39,964 nt of DNA from assembly GCA_964399015.1 (NCBI GenBank), contig CAYNOY010000004.1:1-39964 (forward strand), given 5' to 3'. This stretch comes from Candidatus Woesearchaeota archaeon. Its GTDB lineage: Archaea > Nanobdellota > Nanobdellia > Pacearchaeales > GW2011-AR1. Positions 39,804-39,964 of this stretch are shown piece by piece. Made by a program: the position numbers and the translations under genes. Each line of letters opens with the position of its first letter. Position 1 is the first letter of the stretch. The notes below the pieces were generated by a model, which did no database searches, was not told where the DNA came from, and saw nothing but the letters and a program-made list of their open reading frames with translations.

Positions 39804-39964
39804 ATGAATTATCTAGAAAAATGGGCAGATACCCACATCAAACGAGTTTTAACAGAATTAAAACAAGAAAACATTTCTCTCACCTTACAAAATATTCCTC
39901 AGATAATTGAAGCAACAAGTTTTAGAAGAAGGAGCGTTAGAGAACCCGAAGAATGTCCCTGCTA
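39804..39964 (+). CDS. Hypothetical protein, N-terminal fragment (runs off the window)
   Basis: The ATG at 39804 opens MNYLEKWADTHIKRVLTELKQENISLTLQNIPQIIEATSFRRRSVREPEECPC..., which stays open to the window end. Confidence 0.5.
   Translation, partial: MNYLEKWADTHIKRVLTELKQENISLTLQNIPQIIEATSFRRRSVREPEECPC

Noticed and set aside
1-39964. Scan for CRISPR repeats, reverse transcriptase with TR/VR pairs (DGR), IS elements and known defence-system ATPases or nucleases.
   Set aside because: I saw no regularly spaced direct repeats, no RT, transposase or integrase motifs, and no large ATPase/nuclease gene pairs. The only defence-like modules are the MNT-HEPN pair and the decayed RelE-like gene.

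Overview
Compact, AT-rich archaeal chromosome segment with about 60 protein genes. No rRNA, tRNA, CRISPR array, transposase or integrase was recognised.

The archaeal assignment rests on the informational genes: PCNA, PriS-type primase, Hjc, Cbf5, GatD, TrmY, r-proteins L34e/L31e/L39e/S19e, and a form III RuBisCO. Tiny spacers, overlapping starts and stops, TATA boxes about 25-27 nt upstream of start codons, and many Cys-rich membrane-anchored surface proteins suggest a DPANN-like, host-associated lifestyle (inference).

Layout:
- 1-8 kb: small accessory genes, PCNA and primase transcribed divergently, and a large surface protein.
- 8.1-15.1 kb: a visibly more AT-rich block. It carries ArsR-thioredoxin-thioredoxin reductase, malic enzyme, a ferredoxin, a TDT transporter and DUF302. 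It also carries a tightly overlapping minus-strand operon: DUF5320, DUF134, mini-membrane protein, CoA-binding protein, split permease, NifX-like protein.
- 15.2-34.8 kb: an almost uninterrupted minus-strand run. It includes UvrD, surface proteins, Hjc, class II LysRS, TrmY, a glycosidase-like exoenzyme, Cbf5, an M23 peptidase, two AlkD paralogs, the L31e/L39e/S19e cluster, YhbY, DUF814, RuBisCO, small hydrophobic peptides and CysRS.
- 34.8-40 kb: a sulfatase/LtaS-like protein, GatD and an MNT-HEPN pair.

Items most worth a second look:
- a NUDIX gene split by an exactly 90-nt double-hairpin insert full of stop codons;
- the low-GC block and its uncharacterised DUF operon;
- GC-rich, hairpin-dense intergenic elements at 7.8-8.0 kb, 27.6 kb, 30.1 kb and 37.2-37.3 kb that I could not assign to any RNA family;
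- three frame breaks located at homopolymer runs;
- a primase fused to extra zinc ribbons and a helical C-terminal domain;
- a Cys-rich juxtamembrane module shared by surface proteins;
- an MNT-HEPN pair translationally coupled to gatD.

All family assignments come from motif recognition by eye. No database search was run.
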